In this document: piece by piece, positions 35,585-37,496 of the stretch
Numbering within the stretch: position 1 is the stretch's first letter
Layout: each line of letters begins with the position of its first letter
Assembly: GCA_029548485.1 (NCBI GenBank)
Contig: JAKPNH010000009.1
Coordinates: 1-37,496, forward strand
Source: a bacterium
GTDB lineage: Bacteria; Patescibacteriota; Minisyncoccia; UBA6257; Colwellbacteraceae
Reading direction: 5' to 3'
DNA: 37,496 nucleotides
Translations under genes and position numbers: made by a program
The notes under the pieces: model-generated
The model's input: the letters and a program-made list of their open reading frames with translations, nothing else
What the model was told of the DNA's origin: nothing
Databases searched by the model: none

Positions 35585-35743
35585 TCAATCCAAGCTTGAG
35601 GGTTTAACTCCCTTTGAGAAAGTTCCCGTGTCATTAGGTGTTGGTAAAACAATAGGCTCATTATTTATCGTAGTTGCCTCCGGTAACGGTGACTGAGTCA
35701 ACGTCGGTGGTTGAGTAGGTTGATTACTATTTTCCTTAGACAT
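35585..35743 (-). CDS. Possible 52-aa Pro/Thr-rich peptide
   Basis: MSKENSNQPTQPPTLTQSPLPEATTINNEPIVLPTPNDTGTFSKGVKPSSLD. The start overlaps the stop of the 3-TM gene and the ORF fills the gap exactly. Confidence 0.5.
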   Translation of the reverse strand: MSKENSNQPTQPPTLTQSPLPEATTINNEPIVLPTPNDTGTFSKGVKPSSLD

Positions 35744-36209
35744 AAAAATTAGGTAATTTAGACAAGACTAGTAATATCGACCCAAATGCTAATAAGTAAA
35801 TAGCCAACTTATAAAGAATAGCCTTTTTCTGAAGTTTCTTATAATTTTTATCAGCAGCTGACTCATTATCACTAATTAATTGTAATAATAGTTCCTTTTC
35901 TTCTTTATTTAAATATTCCTGATTAGATGATATTTTAATAGACGCGAAGGAATAATTACTGGGCCAGTTAACTATAATTAGTAATATCGTTGATACTATA
36001 AAAAAGGCAACCCCAATAATACCTTCTATTAATTTAATCCCCGTTAACTGTGGCGAGATAATGGTTAAATACCCAATAATAATAGTTGTAGTAAAGCCTA
36101 CGAGAGTTCCTGACTTTTGGTCAATAACGTCGTCAGCGTCTCTTATAATATCAAATCTATGACGCGCGCTATCTAACAAGACTGAAAACTTATTACTCTC
36201 TGATTCCAT
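35736..36209 (-). CDS. 3-TM membrane protein, Pycsar-effector (DUF5706)-like topology
   Basis: Helix-DQKSG-TM-TM-P, a soluble loop, then N...KK-TM. Confidence 0.55.
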   Translation of the reverse strand: MESESNKFSVLLDSARHRFDIIRDADDVIDQKSGTLVGFTTTIIIGYLTIISPQLTGIKLIEGIIGVAFFIVSTILLIIVNWPSNYSFASIKISSNQEYLNKEEKELLLQLISDNESAADKNYKKLQKKAILYKLAIYLLAFGSILLVLSKLPNFYV

Positions 36210-36233
36210 ACTTAGTATAAAATTACAACCATT

Positions 36234-37496
36234 TTAATCACTTAGCAATTCCACATTTTTATTTGTGATTATAATTTTGTTTTTTAATAATCCCAGTAAT
36301 TCCCGTTTTTCCTCGTTACTTCTCTCTCGCAGAACATACTTTGCATACGTTCTAATATCAGCTTGTTTCTCTATACATAGTTCCTCCGCTACTCCTAAAA
36401 CATTTTTCCGAAATCGATTATACCGTCTTACCTCCTCTTCAAATTTATGCCGCATTCCAATTTCATTTACATCGATTTTATCAATAATCTGAATTAACTG
36501 ATTTGTCAGTTCTTCCTCTCGGATATACGGATTCTTACACTGTTTCGTCTTGTTATCCGTACATCCGTAATAAACATACCTAGCCGTAGTTCCGTTTTTG
36601 AGTTGTTTGAACTTTTCCTCGGCGGTAATACCAGAACCACACAGCCCACAAACCATCAGTTTCGTAAATGCGAATTCCTTACTCTCACGCTTTATCTGAT
36701 CTCGCTTCATCTGATTTTGTGCTGCGATAAATAACTCTCGCGAAATTATTGGATCATGCTTCCCCGGATACAAAGTTCCGCTTCCCTTTGGGTATTCAAG
36801 CATTCCGTAATAAAAGTGATTTTGAAGAATTAAGTAAATATTAGAAAGCGAAAGGTGACGCTCGTTAATCGTTTGGAATTTTAAATCTAACTTAAGCCAA
36901 TGAAACAGCCGCCGCCCACTCCAATTTTCATAAACATACTTCTCAAATATTTGCTTGATTACCGGAGCTCTTTTTGTATCTAAAAGAACATGGCATTTTC
37001 GATCTACTCGCTTTTCATTTAGATAGCCGGTTGGCGCTTGCCCGGGCCAAAGCCCCATTTCTATTCTTGTCCGAAGGCCGCGTTTAACATTTAGACTCTT
37101 GTTATCGTTCTCTAACTTTGCTTGCGAGCAAAGAATCATGAGGAGAAATTTTTCGTTTGGGTTATTAGTAAACCTCTGTCCGTATGTTCTGATTTCAAGT
37201 AGAAGTTTCTGATCCATTAAGTCTACTAGCGATCCTAAATCTCCCGCATTCCTACTTAGTCTATCCGGTGCCCAAGTAAGAATGCCTGTATACCGACTAC
37301 CTCGTATATCAGCCAAAATCTCATTAAAGACTGGTCTCTGGCCAGAATCCTTAGCCGAGTGCGCCTCCCGGCGAATATCTATAATTTGCAACCGATCTCG
37401 CTCCGCTATCTGAAGCATCTCTTTTATCTGGGAGTCTATAGAGAGAGCTTGTTTTTCGTCTGATTCGGTCGATTTTCGGGCATATAGACAATATCT
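36234..37496 (-). CDS. Large serine recombinase, 5' end outside the window
   Basis: The frame is open to the window end: RYCLYARKSTE (catalytic Ser), DRLSRN, P.GY recombinase domain and CGLCG...YYGC zinc ribbon. Confidence 0.93.
   Translation of the reverse strand, partial: RYCLYARKSTESDEKQALSIDSQIKEMLQIAERDRLQIIDIRREAHSAKDSGQRPVFNEILADIRGSRYTGILTWAPDRLSRNAGDLGSLVDLMDQKLLLEIRTYGQRFTNNPNEKFLLMILCSQAKLENDNKSLNVKRGLRTRIEMGLWPGQAPTGYLNEKRVDRKCHVLLDTKRAPVIKQIFEKYVYENWSGRRLFHWLKLDLKFQTINERHLSLSNIYLILQNHFYYGMLEYPKGSGTLYPGKHDPIISRELFIAAQNQMKRDQIKRESKEFAFTKLMVCGLCGSGITAEEKFKQLKNGTTARYVYYGCTDNKTKQCKNPYIREEELTNQLIQIIDKIDVNEIGMRHKFEEEVRRYNRFRKNVLGVAEELCIEKQADIRTYAKYVLRERSNEEKRELLGLLKNKIIITNKNVELLSD

Larger units (their letters stand above)
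35071..37496. mobile_element. AT-rich genomic island at tRNA-Gln(CTG), continuing past the window end
   Basis: Abrupt drop in GC and in the TCG/CGA-rich style right after the tRNA. Contains a serine recombinase. Confidence 0.7.

Overview
Bacterial chromosome segment, translated with the standard bacterial code (TGA acts as stop). Gene content and style point to Patescibacteria/CPR (Parcubacteria-like); this placement is inference. The style includes a Cys-rich surface protein, a short DnaX, a stand-alone ATP-cone gene and many apparently leaderless genes. Core genes: tpiA, pgk, rnhA, rnpB (RNase P RNA), dnaX, scpAB, a split cell-wall cluster (DD-carboxypeptidase, mraY, ftsW, murG, with murC separate), gltX, rpmA, rplI, an S41 protease, thpR, def and fmt. 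There are two tRNA-Gln genes (TTG and CTG), each followed by AT-rich accessory DNA. The second is followed by a serine-recombinase island carrying an HEPN-like gene and a 3-TM gene coupled to a tiny Pro/Thr-rich peptide ORF. Main leads: (1) a catalytically degenerate D-aminoacylase homolog in the murD slot of the cell-wall operon; (2) three unrelated orphan genes sharing a promoter, boxA-like motif, strong SD, ORF and hairpin layout, while many core genes look leaderless; (3) a promoter-driven ~170-nt hairpin region containing a 28-bp dif-like site; (4) a ~75-nt transcript with its own promoter and terminator upstream of pgk; (5) a GT-C, B12 radical SAM and GT2 module. All family calls come from motifs read by eye; no database searches were run.
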